Made by a program: the position numbers and the translations under genes. 64,000 nucleotides of DNA. Origin: Patescibacteria group bacterium. Lineage in GTDB: Bacteria; Patescibacteriota; Kazan-3B-28. The stretch is taken from the NCBI GenBank assembly GCA_041389145.1, contig JAWKSK010000001.1:27668-91667 (forward strand). The letters are read 5' to 3'. Below, piece after piece: positions 49,113 to 58,465 of the stretch. Under the pieces are notes generated by a model. That model was not told the origin of the DNA, searched no databases, and worked only from the letters and a program-made list of their open reading frames with translations. Each line of letters opens with the position of its first letter. The stretch's first letter is position 1.

Positions 49113-51383
49113 TTAACCCCGATATTTAGCCTGGAATTTGGAAGCAACTAGATCGATTATTGCTTTCTGGACAGTATCTCTATCTTCCTTAGTAAGGGTA
49201 CGTTCTGGAGAACGCAGGGAGATATGGAAAGCAGTACTTCTACGTAAGTCTGCCATTTCATAGATGTCGAAGAGCTCTACGTCTACAACTAAGTCTGAAA
49301 CTTCAGTAATGGCGTCTTGCATCTTACCGATTCTAATACCAGAGTTTATTTCAAAAGCGAGGTCGAATTTAACAACTGGGTATTTGGCAAGTTCGGTAAC
49401 AGGCTTGGACCAGTTGATAAGAGGAACTAGTTGATCGAGATTAATTTCAAAACCGGCAGTAGTTGGAGTGTGGTAGATGATCTCCCCTACGGTTTCGCCA
49501 TTGACTACTACTTCAAGACCAAGGCCAGATGGTAGTTCACGGTAGTCGTCATTAATTCCTAGCTCACTAAATAATTTGGTTAGAGCACCTCGGGCTGCAG
49601 AGTATGCGTTAGGGGCTTCAAAACGGGCTGCAACCTGAGTAAGCTCCATTGGTTGGCCTTTACCTTGCTTAGCAAACACTTTATTGATTTCAAAGACACC
49701 GAGCTTTGCGTCTTGGTATTCAAAATTGATGAGAGTTGGAAGAAGTCTGGTTTTTAAGTGACTCCAGTTTTCATTTAATGGATTTTCTAACGCAATGGCA
49801 TTAGCATCTGCATCTTTGGCAATGAAAGGATGAGTTTTTACTTCCACTAACCGCATCCGGGACATAATGTTGGCAACCTTGTTAGCAAGGTCGAATAAAG
49901 CAGGAACGGTAGTTGGCGCCATGGTCATCATTGGGAATCTGGCTTCAATTTTATCGAGTCCATGGATACGGATAATCTCTTCGGCAATGTCTGCCGCTTC
50001 TTGAATATCTGAACGGTAGTTTGGAACACTGACCTTAATTTTATCCTTGGTAATTTTAGAAGGAAGATCTATGAGTTCTAGAAGTTTGGTAATTTCTGTA
50101 TTTGAAAGAGAGAGGTCAATTAGTCTCTGGATTCTAGTTAAATCAAAGGTAATTTCTTTGCGTTTAGGAGGAAGAGTTTTGTGCAAATCATATTCCCCTT
50201 TAGCAATGACAGCTTTAGGAGAAAGGTCCTCGATTAAGTTAAGGAGGCGTTCTAAAGCTAAATCAATAGCGTAGACATCAACTCCACGTTCAAAACGGCT
50301 ACTAGCATCGGTACGCACACCAAGGCGCCGGCTACTTAAGCGAATTGTTTTGCGGTCAAAATTAGCTAACTCAATTGCAATATCGGTGGTGGCGGAGGTA
50401 ACTGCAGATTCTTCACCACCAATAATTCCAGCAATAGCTAAAGCTCCCTTGCTATCGGCAATGACAATATCATCTCCGGATAGCTTGCGAGTTTCTTCAT
50501 CTAAGCATTTAATGGACTCCCCGCCTTTACCCATACGAACGGTAACGGAATGGCGGTTGATTTTGTTGAGATCAAAAATGTGGATTGGCTGCCCAGTTTC
50601 TAACATTACTAAGTTGGCAGCATCTACTAGGTTATTGATTGGTCTGATACCAGCTGCCTGAAGAGTATCTTGAAGCCATTGAGGGGAAGGTACCACGGTT
50701 ACGTTGGTGACAACTTTTGCTAAATATCTAGCACACAAATCGGGCTTAACGGTCTGCTTTACCTTTAACAGTTTGGTGGTATCAGTGGTTCTGGATTTTT
50801 TGTAGGTAGTAGGTAGTTGGTAGCTAAACTTCTCTCCCATGCTGGCTGATACTTCTCTGGCAATGGAGAGGAATGACATATAGTCTGGACGGTTTGCTAA
50901 TACCTTTAGGTCATATGCTAATCCAGAGTTGGAATCAAAGACCTGGGAGAGTGGAGTACCTGGAGTAAGGTCTGAGTCTAAAATCATGACTCCGTCTACT
51001 TTCTGAGGGAATCCCAGTTCGGCATCACTACAAAGCATACCTAGAGAATCTTCACCTCTAATAGTTGAGGCTTGGATTTCGATACCATTTGCTGTGGTAC
51101 TACCAGGAAGTGCGACTGGTACTTTTTGTCCTACCTTAATATTCTTGCCACCACATACAATTTGGAAAACTTCTTCTCCTACTTTGGTTTTGGTGATTTG
51201 GAGGCGATCGGCATTAGGATGCGGAAGAATCTCTAAAATATCCCCTACCACCATGTTTGCATAGGTGCCGGATTCCACTACCTCCTCTACCTCGGTGATG
51301 TGAAGATCAATTAAAGACTTAAGCTCTTCTGGTGAGCCTTTGAATTTAGTCCAGCTTCTGATAATACCGTAAGGAATTTTCAT
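49113..51383 (-). CDS. pheT: Phenylalanine--tRNA ligase beta subunit
   Basis: 756 aa; follows pheS; tRNA-binding, B3/4, B5 and FDX-ACB-like layout. Confidence 0.9.
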   Translation of the reverse strand: MKIPYGIIRSWTKFKGSPEELKSLIDLHITEVEEVVESGTYANMVVGDILEILPHPNADRLQITKTKVGEEVFQIVCGGKNIKVGQKVPVALPGSTTANGIEIQASTIRGEDSLGMLCSDAELGFPQKVDGVMILDSDLTPGTPLSQVFDSNSGLAYDLKVLANRPDYMSFLSIAREVSASMGEKFSYQLPTTYKKSRTTDTTKLLKVKQTVKPDLCARYLAKVVTNVTVVPSPQWLQDTLQAAGIRPINNLVDAANLVMLETGQPIHIFDLNKINRHSVTVRMGKGGESIKCLDEETRKLSGDDIVIADSKGALAIAGIIGGEESAVTSATTDIAIELANFDRKTIRLSSRRLGVRTDASSRFERGVDVYAIDLALERLLNLIEDLSPKAVIAKGEYDLHKTLPPKRKEITFDLTRIQRLIDLSLSNTEITKLLELIDLPSKITKDKIKVSVPNYRSDIQEAADIAEEIIRIHGLDKIEARFPMMTMAPTTVPALFDLANKVANIMSRMRLVEVKTHPFIAKDADANAIALENPLNENWSHLKTRLLPTLINFEYQDAKLGVFEINKVFAKQGKGQPMELTQVAARFEAPNAYSAARGALTKLFSELGINDDYRELPSGLGLEVVVNGETVGEIIYHTPTTAGFEINLDQLVPLINWSKPVTELAKYPVVKFDLAFEINSGIRIGKMQDAITEVSDLVVDVELFDIYEMADLRRSTAFHISLRSPERTLTKEDRDTVQKAIIDLVASKFQAKYRG

Positions 51384-52373
51384 CTAGATTTGATTTAAGA
51401 ATTCAAGATTTCCGGAAAGTAACAAGCGGATATCCTTAATGTTGTGTTTGAGCATTACTAAGCGATCGATACCAAGTCCAAAAGCAAGTCCAGAATATTC
51501 ATCTGGGTTAATGTTGGCGTTACGTAAGACCTGGGGGTGAACAATTCCAGCACCACCCATTTCTAACCATTGCCCTCTAAACCAAACATCTACTTCAAAA
51601 CTTGGTTCAGTGAACGGGAAGAAACTTGGACGCAGGCGCAGCTTAATATCGTTGCCTAGGATTTGTTGATAGACAGTGGTGAGGAGGGCTTTTAGATGGC
51701 CAACGGTAATATCTTTATCTACAACAAGCCCCTCTAGCTGATTAAACACCGAACTATGAGTTGCATCCTCTGCTTCAAATCTGAAGGTTCTACCAGGAAC
51801 TACAACTCTAATTGGTAGTTCATGATTCTGCATGTAACGAAGTTGAACCGGTGAGGTGTGAGTACGCAAGAGAATACTTTGGTTAGGATCTGACTTGCGA
51901 TTGACCCAGAAGGTGTCCCATTCGTCTCGAGCTGGATGGTCGGCTGGAATATTTAAGAGATTAAAGTTAAACTCTTCAGTTTCAGCTTCAGGACCTTCGG
52001 CAACAGAAAAACCTAAACCTCTAAAGAGGGTAACTAGTTGATTGGTCATCTGAGTCACTGGATGGGTGCGACCAATCTGGAATCTAACACCTGGTACGGT
52101 TGGGTCGAAGAAGGTTGGGCCGGCACTGGCTAGGAGTTTCTCCTTAGCCTCATCTAACAGTTTAGTAATAACAGTTTTAACTTCATTTCCCTTTTTCCCA
52201 ACGTCGGCACGAGTGGATTCGGGTAGATCCTTAATTCGAGAGAGTAGTTCGTTGAGTTCCGATTTGCGGCCTAGGTATTTGATTCTGACATCATCAAGAG
52301 TATCGGCAGTGACTTTGCCGATATCTTGCTTGGCGCTAGCTAGAATCTGATTTAATTCTTCAGTTAATACCAT
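51384..52373 (-). CDS. pheS: Phenylalanine--tRNA ligase alpha subunit
   Basis: 329 aa; HPARDEWDTFW, class II motif 2 FRFEAEDATHS and motif 3 GLAFGLGIDR. Confidence 0.95.
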   Translation of the reverse strand: MVLTEELNQILASAKQDIGKVTADTLDDVRIKYLGRKSELNELLSRIKDLPESTRADVGKKGNEVKTVITKLLDEAKEKLLASAGPTFFDPTVPGVRFQIGRTHPVTQMTNQLVTLFRGLGFSVAEGPEAETEEFNFNLLNIPADHPARDEWDTFWVNRKSDPNQSILLRTHTSPVQLRYMQNHELPIRVVVPGRTFRFEAEDATHSSVFNQLEGLVVDKDITVGHLKALLTTVYQQILGNDIKLRLRPSFFPFTEPSFEVDVWFRGQWLEMGGAGIVHPQVLRNANINPDEYSGLAFGLGIDRLVMLKHNIKDIRLLLSGNLEFLNQI

Positions 52374-52384
52374 GATTAATATCT

Positions 52385-52750
52385 CTATTCTACCCTAAGT
52401 CTAAGGTAGATTTCCAGGAGCAGGACTGCAATTAATCCGGCTGGGAAATACCACCAGTATAGGATATTGAAATAACCGAGAATAAAACTACCAATAACAA
52501 TCAGCGATACAAGAGCGCCTTGGCGAATAGAAAGTAACAACCAAGACATTTCTACCACCCGCTTTCTAGTGTGAAGCCAAAGAAATCCTAGAGACAGCAA
52601 CCCTGTAAGAGAAAAAGTAAGTGTGGCTAAAACTAAAGACAGTCCCAACCCACCTGAGGTAGCTGGATCGAAGTACCAGAGAACAAGAGCCAAGGCAGCC
52701 AGACTACAGAGAGTAGCAATGGTAATGCCAATAACGATTGGTTTTATCAT
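52385..52750 (-). CDS. Hypothetical 4-TM membrane protein
   Basis: 121 aa, hydrophobic; 4-nt overlap with the upstream gene. Confidence 0.6.
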   Translation of the reverse strand: MIKPIVIGITIATLCSLAALALVLWYFDPATSGGLGLSLVLATLTFSLTGLLSLGFLWLHTRKRVVEMSWLLLSIRQGALVSLIVIGSFILGYFNILYWWYFPAGLIAVLLLEIYLRLRVE

Positions 52751-55137
52751 AGTTTATTGAGGGTGTCGCTAAAGTTGGTTGGAGCAAGTTCCCAACCTGC
52801 AAGTGAAGATGTAATATCTCGACCGTAATCTTTTTGAATTAGACGAGGGTCTAGAAAAACGATTGGAGCATGAGTGTGGGCAAGGTAATCAAGGTTTTCT
52901 TTGAGTCGGAGAGTGGTTTTAGGCAAAGTGTATGCCCCAAAGCTAGTACTATCACCACGGTATAGTTTTGCGATTGGTTTATTGCTGGATTCAAATGCAA
53001 GCTTTGATAATACTACTGTATCAAATGTGGACAGAGATGCAGCAGCACGCTCCAACCAAAACATAGGAACAACTAAAACGTGTGCTGTATTTACAGGTAA
53101 GATGTCTGGTAATTTGTCTGCGTGACCGATAGTATCCAGACTACTAATCTGGGATGCAAGTTGTGGCAGTCGTTGATGCAGATCGTCAAATAACATTCGT
53201 GAATCGAAGGCAGAACCATGAACTATGAGAAGTCTTCTATTTTGCTCTAAGCTAGTCTCTACAATTCGAACCAAGTCTTCTAGATTATCGGCTGGGTTGA
53301 TGTCATTTGGCATCATAATTGTCTTGGTTTTGGTAGGGTCGATGATTAGCTTAGCAGATGCGTCAGTAAATAGATTTTTCCAATATTCAAAGGTTTTCTT
53401 GTATGCCAATCCAGCAGAAACTACAATTACTGACTTTGCGGCGGTAAATATTTCGTGAATCTGAGTAAAGGTGGTGAAGTCGGGAATAATTTGAAGATAG
53501 AACTTAGTTGATTCGGCAAATAAGAAGTATTTAAAGCTAGGCTCAAACTGGCGAAGAGCTTTGAGGTGATCTATTAACTTTTGAGTACGCTCTATCTGAT
53601 GATGATCATCTGAAATACCAAATTCGGTAAGCCTAGTGAGATATTGGGTAAATAGGTCAGCAATTGCCCCAAGCACTTCTTCAAGCTCGGATGGAACTAT
53701 GGCTCTAGTAAGTTCAATATCTTTTTCGTAAACATTTGTAGGTGGATTGTCGAAGTAAACCTGGCTCATAATTTCTGCCACCCGGTTAAATTTAGGACCA
53801 ATTTGGCTTAGAATTTTGAACAGATCATCCCCAGCCTTACTGTCTTTAGGAGCGACTTCACGATGAACGAAATCACGTCGAGCACTAATAGAGGCGTTAA
53901 AGTATGGAATGGAAAAGGTTCTTATCTGGGTATTAAAGAATGCCTCCTCTAAGTTATGAGGGTGTGAGGTAATAATGGAGAAGTCTTGGAGGTTGGTGAT
54001 GGTAGTAAGGGTTTCTGCCGGAACCACCCAAACTCCTTCCGGCTTTAGGGCAAAGTTGATGGTCGCTTGTGAAGTGATGAAGTTTTGTTCCCATTCATAA
54101 CGTTCATCTGAGGTAAAGAATAGTGCCTGGGGCTGTGAATTGTATTCTTGCTTCCAGATGGTTAGCTTGATTGCTGTTTTAAGGGTAGAAACTGTAATAT
54201 CAGCAGCTGAACGAACAATGTTTAGAGGAGTATCGTCTAAGGTAAGATGAGAGACTTCACTAACAACCTGAAGTACACCAGTGCTTAACTGGTCCCATTT
54301 AACCTGGCGGATTAACCCGTTAGGAACTACTAATAGTGCAGGTGAGCGATGCTGGGCAAGACTAATAGCTTGTGCCACTGTATCTACTCCTAGATGGGTT
54401 TCGATCAGATTGATATGGCCTGTAATAGCTGTATCAAGTTGTGGGAGATAGTCTGCTTCCGCCTTAAGCTGATGGTTTAGGTAGTCGGTGTATTCAGATG
54501 GAGTTTCGTGATTGGTGGCAACAGAGTTAAAGTTGAGTTCGGTTTTCCAGAGCCATCCCCACTCCCATTCCTGACCATCTAGGATTTGTGAAATTTGTTG
54601 ATTGGTATCACCCTTAAAATCCGTGACCATACCTATTAGCGCTAAGAATAGATCAGCGGTTGCGAGCACATCATTCATAGCACGGTGTGACGGCTGATTA
54701 GCAAAACCTAAACGGTGTGATAACTGTTCTAAACTATATCCTGGTTGGGCTGGGAGAATGGTTTGGGAAAGGGTGAGAGTATCTAAACAGTCACCAGGTA
54801 GGTTCACACCTTTGGCGGTTAAGAAGTCCACATCGAAACTGATGTTGTGACCAACAATAGGAAGATTACCCACAAAGTCTTCGATTTGAGATTTTACCTC
54901 GTCTAAGTGAGGAGATGAAGCAATCATTTGTGGACTAATCCCGGTTAAGGATTGAACCAGTGGAGAAATGGATTGCTTTGTAGAAAGCAGAATATCTAAT
55001 TCTCCAATCTTAGTACCGGATGCATCCAATTTGATTGCTGCAAATTCAATAGCATCGTCGACATTAGGATCGAAACCAGTAGTTTCGATGTCGAGAACAA
55101 TATATCCAGAATATGGTGAATTAGGGGATGTGTTCAT
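52747..55137 (-). CDS. DnaQ-type 3'-5' exonuclease fused to a DinG-like helicase scaffold with a degenerate Walker A
   Basis: DEDDh motifs VLDIETTG, GHNISFDVDF, HRAMNDV. At the DinG Walker-A position the sequence reads LIETHLGVDTVAQAISLA, with no GxGKT/S. C-terminal DinG-like VVLSKLAFE..FLDPR. Confidence 0.7.
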   Translation of the reverse strand: MNTSPNSPYSGYIVLDIETTGFDPNVDDAIEFAAIKLDASGTKIGELDILLSTKQSISPLVQSLTGISPQMIASSPHLDEVKSQIEDFVGNLPIVGHNISFDVDFLTAKGVNLPGDCLDTLTLSQTILPAQPGYSLEQLSHRLGFANQPSHRAMNDVLATADLFLALIGMVTDFKGDTNQQISQILDGQEWEWGWLWKTELNFNSVATNHETPSEYTDYLNHQLKAEADYLPQLDTAITGHINLIETHLGVDTVAQAISLAQHRSPALLVVPNGLIRQVKWDQLSTGVLQVVSEVSHLTLDDTPLNIVRSAADITVSTLKTAIKLTIWKQEYNSQPQALFFTSDERYEWEQNFITSQATINFALKPEGVWVVPAETLTTITNLQDFSIITSHPHNLEEAFFNTQIRTFSIPYFNASISARRDFVHREVAPKDSKAGDDLFKILSQIGPKFNRVAEIMSQVYFDNPPTNVYEKDIELTRAIVPSELEEVLGAIADLFTQYLTRLTEFGISDDHHQIERTQKLIDHLKALRQFEPSFKYFLFAESTKFYLQIIPDFTTFTQIHEIFTAAKSVIVVSAGLAYKKTFEYWKNLFTDASAKLIIDPTKTKTIMMPNDINPADNLEDLVRIVETSLEQNRRLLIVHGSAFDSRMLFDDLHQRLPQLASQISSLDTIGHADKLPDILPVNTAHVLVVPMFWLERAAASLSTFDTVVLSKLAFESSNKPIAKLYRGDSTSFGAYTLPKTTLRLKENLDYLAHTHAPIVFLDPRLIQKDYGRDITSSLAGWELAPTNFSDTLNKL

Positions 55138-55163
55138 AGTTTCTGGGTCCCCAGCACGATTGC

Positions 55164-56354
55164 TTATAACCTGCTTAGAATAACCTCTAAACTGGCTGGG
55201 GTAAAGCTTCCGACGGTTACCCCAGGCGGAAGTTTAAACATACCAGCATTGATGGAAACCGTATTACTACCAGTTAGGAGACCCTGTAGGTCTACGTTCA
55301 TTTCAATATCTGTACGTTTTAATTGATCCAATACAGTGCTTTCCCCTACTACCACTAGATTAATGGTACGTGGGGTCGAGGCAGTGACACTTAACCCATC
55401 GGTTGGATTGACAAACTGTGGAGTAATTACAAATTCACGGGAAGATTGAGCCAATTGAATATCTACTGTGACTGAAAGGAGATTGGTAGTTGCAGTAGCG
55501 ATACTGGTTGGGAGTTCAATGGCAGTATCGACGGTGAAGGGACCTCTTTTATTATTGAGATTAATGGGGGTGGATTGGAGAATATCTAGTTGATTAAGGT
55601 CGGAAAGACTTCCGGTTACTGACATGACTGGTGGATTAAATTTTACTTCCTTTATGAAATACCCGGCTGGTAGGTCTCCTGTAAAATTAGGTTGGATACC
55701 AAGAGTTCTTGAATTGCTACCAGCCTCTACTACTACCTCTCCACTAATAGTGGTGGGGTCGAGGGTGACAGGAAGATATGAATTGGGGTCAGTCCAGGGT
55801 AGATATGACGTAGATTGAAAGTTAAAAGATTGTGTTTGGTTATTGAGTTTGATGTCGATGTAAGCAGAATCTATTAAAGCCAGGAGCGATGCAGAACCGC
55901 TAACCTCCAATTGATTAGGAGATAGATTGATAGTTGCAACCCTATAACCATCCGTTAGACTGCCAGTGTATTGTGGTTTAATCTGAACTAACTTTGAGGT
56001 AATTGGGGATGTGGTAATCGAAAGTTGCTGTGGTTGAAAATCAATAACAGTAATTCCAACAGGTGAAGATAGAAGAGAAATAGGAAGATTGGCAGTTTGA
56101 TTAGAACGAACATCATTCCAATTAACACCAAATACTAAATTAGATGAGTTCAGTTTAGCAATCTGATTACGTCGTCCAGAGACTTGGATTTGCAGATTAG
56201 GTAGTGCTTGGTCTAGGGCATAGCTTAAATTATCTGGTGGGATAATAGGAAGCTGGATAGTGGTGGTCTGAACAGCAAAGGCCTGGACGTTGGCCCAGAT
56301 TAAAATGGCTGCAAGCAGGACTAGCCCCCTCATGATGGGCTGAGTTACCCGCAT
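55164..56354 (-). CDS. YbbR-domain protein (CdaR-like)
   Basis: 396 aa; N-terminal anchor and repeated YbbR-like beta modules; directly downstream of cdaA. Confidence 0.75.
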   Translation of the reverse strand: MRVTQPIMRGLVLLAAILIWANVQAFAVQTTTIQLPIIPPDNLSYALDQALPNLQIQVSGRRNQIAKLNSSNLVFGVNWNDVRSNQTANLPISLLSSPVGITVIDFQPQQLSITTSPITSKLVQIKPQYTGSLTDGYRVATINLSPNQLEVSGSASLLALIDSAYIDIKLNNQTQSFNFQSTSYLPWTDPNSYLPVTLDPTTISGEVVVEAGSNSRTLGIQPNFTGDLPAGYFIKEVKFNPPVMSVTGSLSDLNQLDILQSTPINLNNKRGPFTVDTAIELPTSIATATTNLLSVTVDIQLAQSSREFVITPQFVNPTDGLSVTASTPRTINLVVVGESTVLDQLKRTDIEMNVDLQGLLTGSNTVSINAGMFKLPPGVTVGSFTPASLEVILSRL

Positions 56355-56356
56355 AC

Positions 56357-57202
56357 CTAAACCTCTTTGTTATAGATGAATATATTTTGTAATAGCTTTC
56401 GTAGATCTTGTGGAGAAAGATTCTTATAGGTATTTTCTCCATCTAGGAGATTGATGTCTCCAATGGTTTTATTGGATACAATAACAACTGCTTTGAGGTC
56501 TTTTGCTGCCCGCATAACGGAGGGGTTAGTGGTACTAAATAATACCTTAGCGTTTGGTTTAAACAGAGTTGATCCAGAAGCAACGATTTGGTTACCATCA
56601 ATGACTACAGCTCCCTTGCTTAAGGCTGAACCTGAATCGAAGAGATCGATAAGTAGGTCAGGGGTGAGTTGAGTGTTCATCTTATTACCGTTATCGATAA
56701 GACGGTTAACGTTTTTCCCCTTCTTGATAATGATTAACACGGGTTTTTGGGAACGAAGCAGAACTGCCATGGCTTCAGAGACAGATTTGATCATAGATTG
56801 AACATCGGCAGTGGACACGGGTTGAGCTTTATGGGTATGGGCCCGGCGTTTGAATTGAACTTCTAATAAGCTCTTAACCTCAGGGGCATAGAGGGTGGCA
56901 AGAGAAAGTAAACTAATCACCATTAGGACACCACCGAAGTAGAATAAACCCCAAAGACCCAAGAGGCGGGCAATGAGAATAGCGATAAGTAAAAAGATAA
57001 GGCGAGGGAGTACTTTGATAAGGTCAGACCTTCTAAGTTTTCTTACCAGCCAACCCAAGAGTAGAGCAATGGCAATAATGTCGATTATGCCAATTAGACT
57101 TAATTGGGTCGTGATAGAGTTCAAAAAAAGCTGCGCGGTGGTAGCAGCTTGATCGTATCCTGCCTTAAAAAAATCGACCAATGAAGTGTAATCGTTCATC
57201 AA
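56357..57202 (-). CDS. cdaA: Diadenylate cyclase
   Basis: 281 aa; 3 N-terminal TM helices plus a DAC domain (..SALSKGAVVIDGNQIVASGSTLF..). Confidence 0.85.
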   Translation of the reverse strand: MMNDYTSLVDFFKAGYDQAATTAQLFLNSITTQLSLIGIIDIIAIALLLGWLVRKLRRSDLIKVLPRLIFLLIAILIARLLGLWGLFYFGGVLMVISLLSLATLYAPEVKSLLEVQFKRRAHTHKAQPVSTADVQSMIKSVSEAMAVLLRSQKPVLIIIKKGKNVNRLIDNGNKMNTQLTPDLLIDLFDSGSALSKGAVVIDGNQIVASGSTLFKPNAKVLFSTTNPSVMRAAKDLKAVVIVSNKTIGDINLLDGENTYKNLSPQDLRKLLQNIFIYNKEV

Positions 57203-57209
57203 CTATTAA

Positions 57210-57602
57210 TTACCGATTAGTACTCTGATATTGCATGATAGCGGAGAGAATCTTTGAATCATCCTGTAAGGTCTGCATGAAGAGGACTTGGGGACGAGAT
57301 ATCTCTATTTGGTTTGTTGGGCCGTGGACTTCCCTACCAGCTCTAATGAGAGAAACATCACCTGTGGTATCGGCATTCTCAAGGTCTTGTTTGTCCTGAA
57401 TATAAAAGACGTTTTCAAGGGTTATGTAGTTTTGATTCTGGCCTACCATCTTTCCGAAAAAGACTTGGTTGTTGGTGAGAAACACTGCTCTGTATGAGTT
57501 ATTAGATGCTTGCCAAGAGTAGAAAAGAACACCCAAAGCCACCACAAGCAGAGCTCCTGCTAGATAGAGATAGAGTTGGTTTTTGGCTTCTGGTTTAGGC
57601 AT
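57210..57602 (-). CDS. Membrane-anchored hypothetical protein
   Basis: 130 aa, single N-terminal TM helix. Confidence 0.6.
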   Translation of the reverse strand: MPKPEAKNQLYLYLAGALLVVALGVLFYSWQASNNSYRAVFLTNNQVFFGKMVGQNQNYITLENVFYIQDKQDLENADTTGDVSLIRAGREVHGPTNQIEISRPQVLFMQTLQDDSKILSAIMQYQSTNR

Positions 57603-57605
57603 AGG

Positions 57606-58409
57606 TTAGTTATTGGTAGAACCAACGATAACAACCACTTCAGTACTGGCGGAGGTTTCTCCTTCAGGTAAGGACTGAACGACCGTCGCACTAAGAGCTT
57701 TTTGGAGTTGTTCTACGTAGCTTGCTTTGCCTTCGGAAAGGTCAACAATAGTAATGCCAGAGTAGTTAGAGTTAGCAGCTTTGCTTAAACGAGTAACGTT
57801 AAAGGCATAGTTAGTGCTCAGGTTGTCACGGACTGGAACAGTTGCGTTTGGCTGAGATGAGCCATTACGAAGATCAATAGTAATCCTATCGGTTTGAGTG
57901 GTTGGAGGCTGAGATGTACCGTCTGCATTGTTATAGAAAACAGGACCAACGTTTACAACTCTATTGTTGTCTTCATCAAAGATGATGGCCTTACGTGAGT
58001 TTTGGTAAATGATGAGCTTGTCGCCATCATGAGCATCCTTGTAGAAATCTTGGTTGGATGCCAGTAGCTCAACGTCGTTGATAATAGCTACAACAGGATT
58101 CTTTTCTTGTGGAAGTACTAAAATCTTACCCACCTTTTTAAGTAGTTCTTGGGTTTGCTCTTCATTTAATCTCTGAGCAAGACTAGGATCTTTGAGTACT
58201 TCTACCTCCTTCTTTACTGACTGATAGTTAAAGAAAGACCAAGCAAAAGCTCCGAGTGCTAGGACTAATAAAGAAATAAGCAGAATATTGCTGCCATTCA
58301 TGGTTTTTCCCCCGGTTCTAGAGTTGGTTCTTGCGGCCATAGTATTAAAATTAGTCGTTAGTTGATACAAGGTGATGATAGCAGAAAAAAAGACAAGGAA
58401 AAAGGGCAC
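57606..58409 (-). CDS. LytR_C-domain membrane-anchored protein
   Basis: C-terminal ITIDLRNGSSQPN..ITIVDLSEG..VVVIVGS pattern. The true start is probably the ATG at 58340 or 58301. Confidence 0.65.
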   Translation of the reverse strand: MPFFLVFFSAIITLYQLTTNFNTMAARTNSRTGGKTMNGSNILLISLLVLALGAFAWSFFNYQSVKKEVEVLKDPSLAQRLNEEQTQELLKKVGKILVLPQEKNPVVAIINDVELLASNQDFYKDAHDGDKLIIYQNSRKAIIFDEDNNRVVNVGPVFYNNADGTSQPPTTQTDRITIDLRNGSSQPNATVPVRDNLSTNYAFNVTRLSKAANSNYSGITIVDLSEGKASYVEQLQKALSATVVQSLPEGETSASTEVVVIVGSTNN

Positions 58410-58465
58410 CCCGCAGGGTGCCCTTGTGTCTCATTAGAGACTTTGGTTTCTTTCACATGGAAGTA

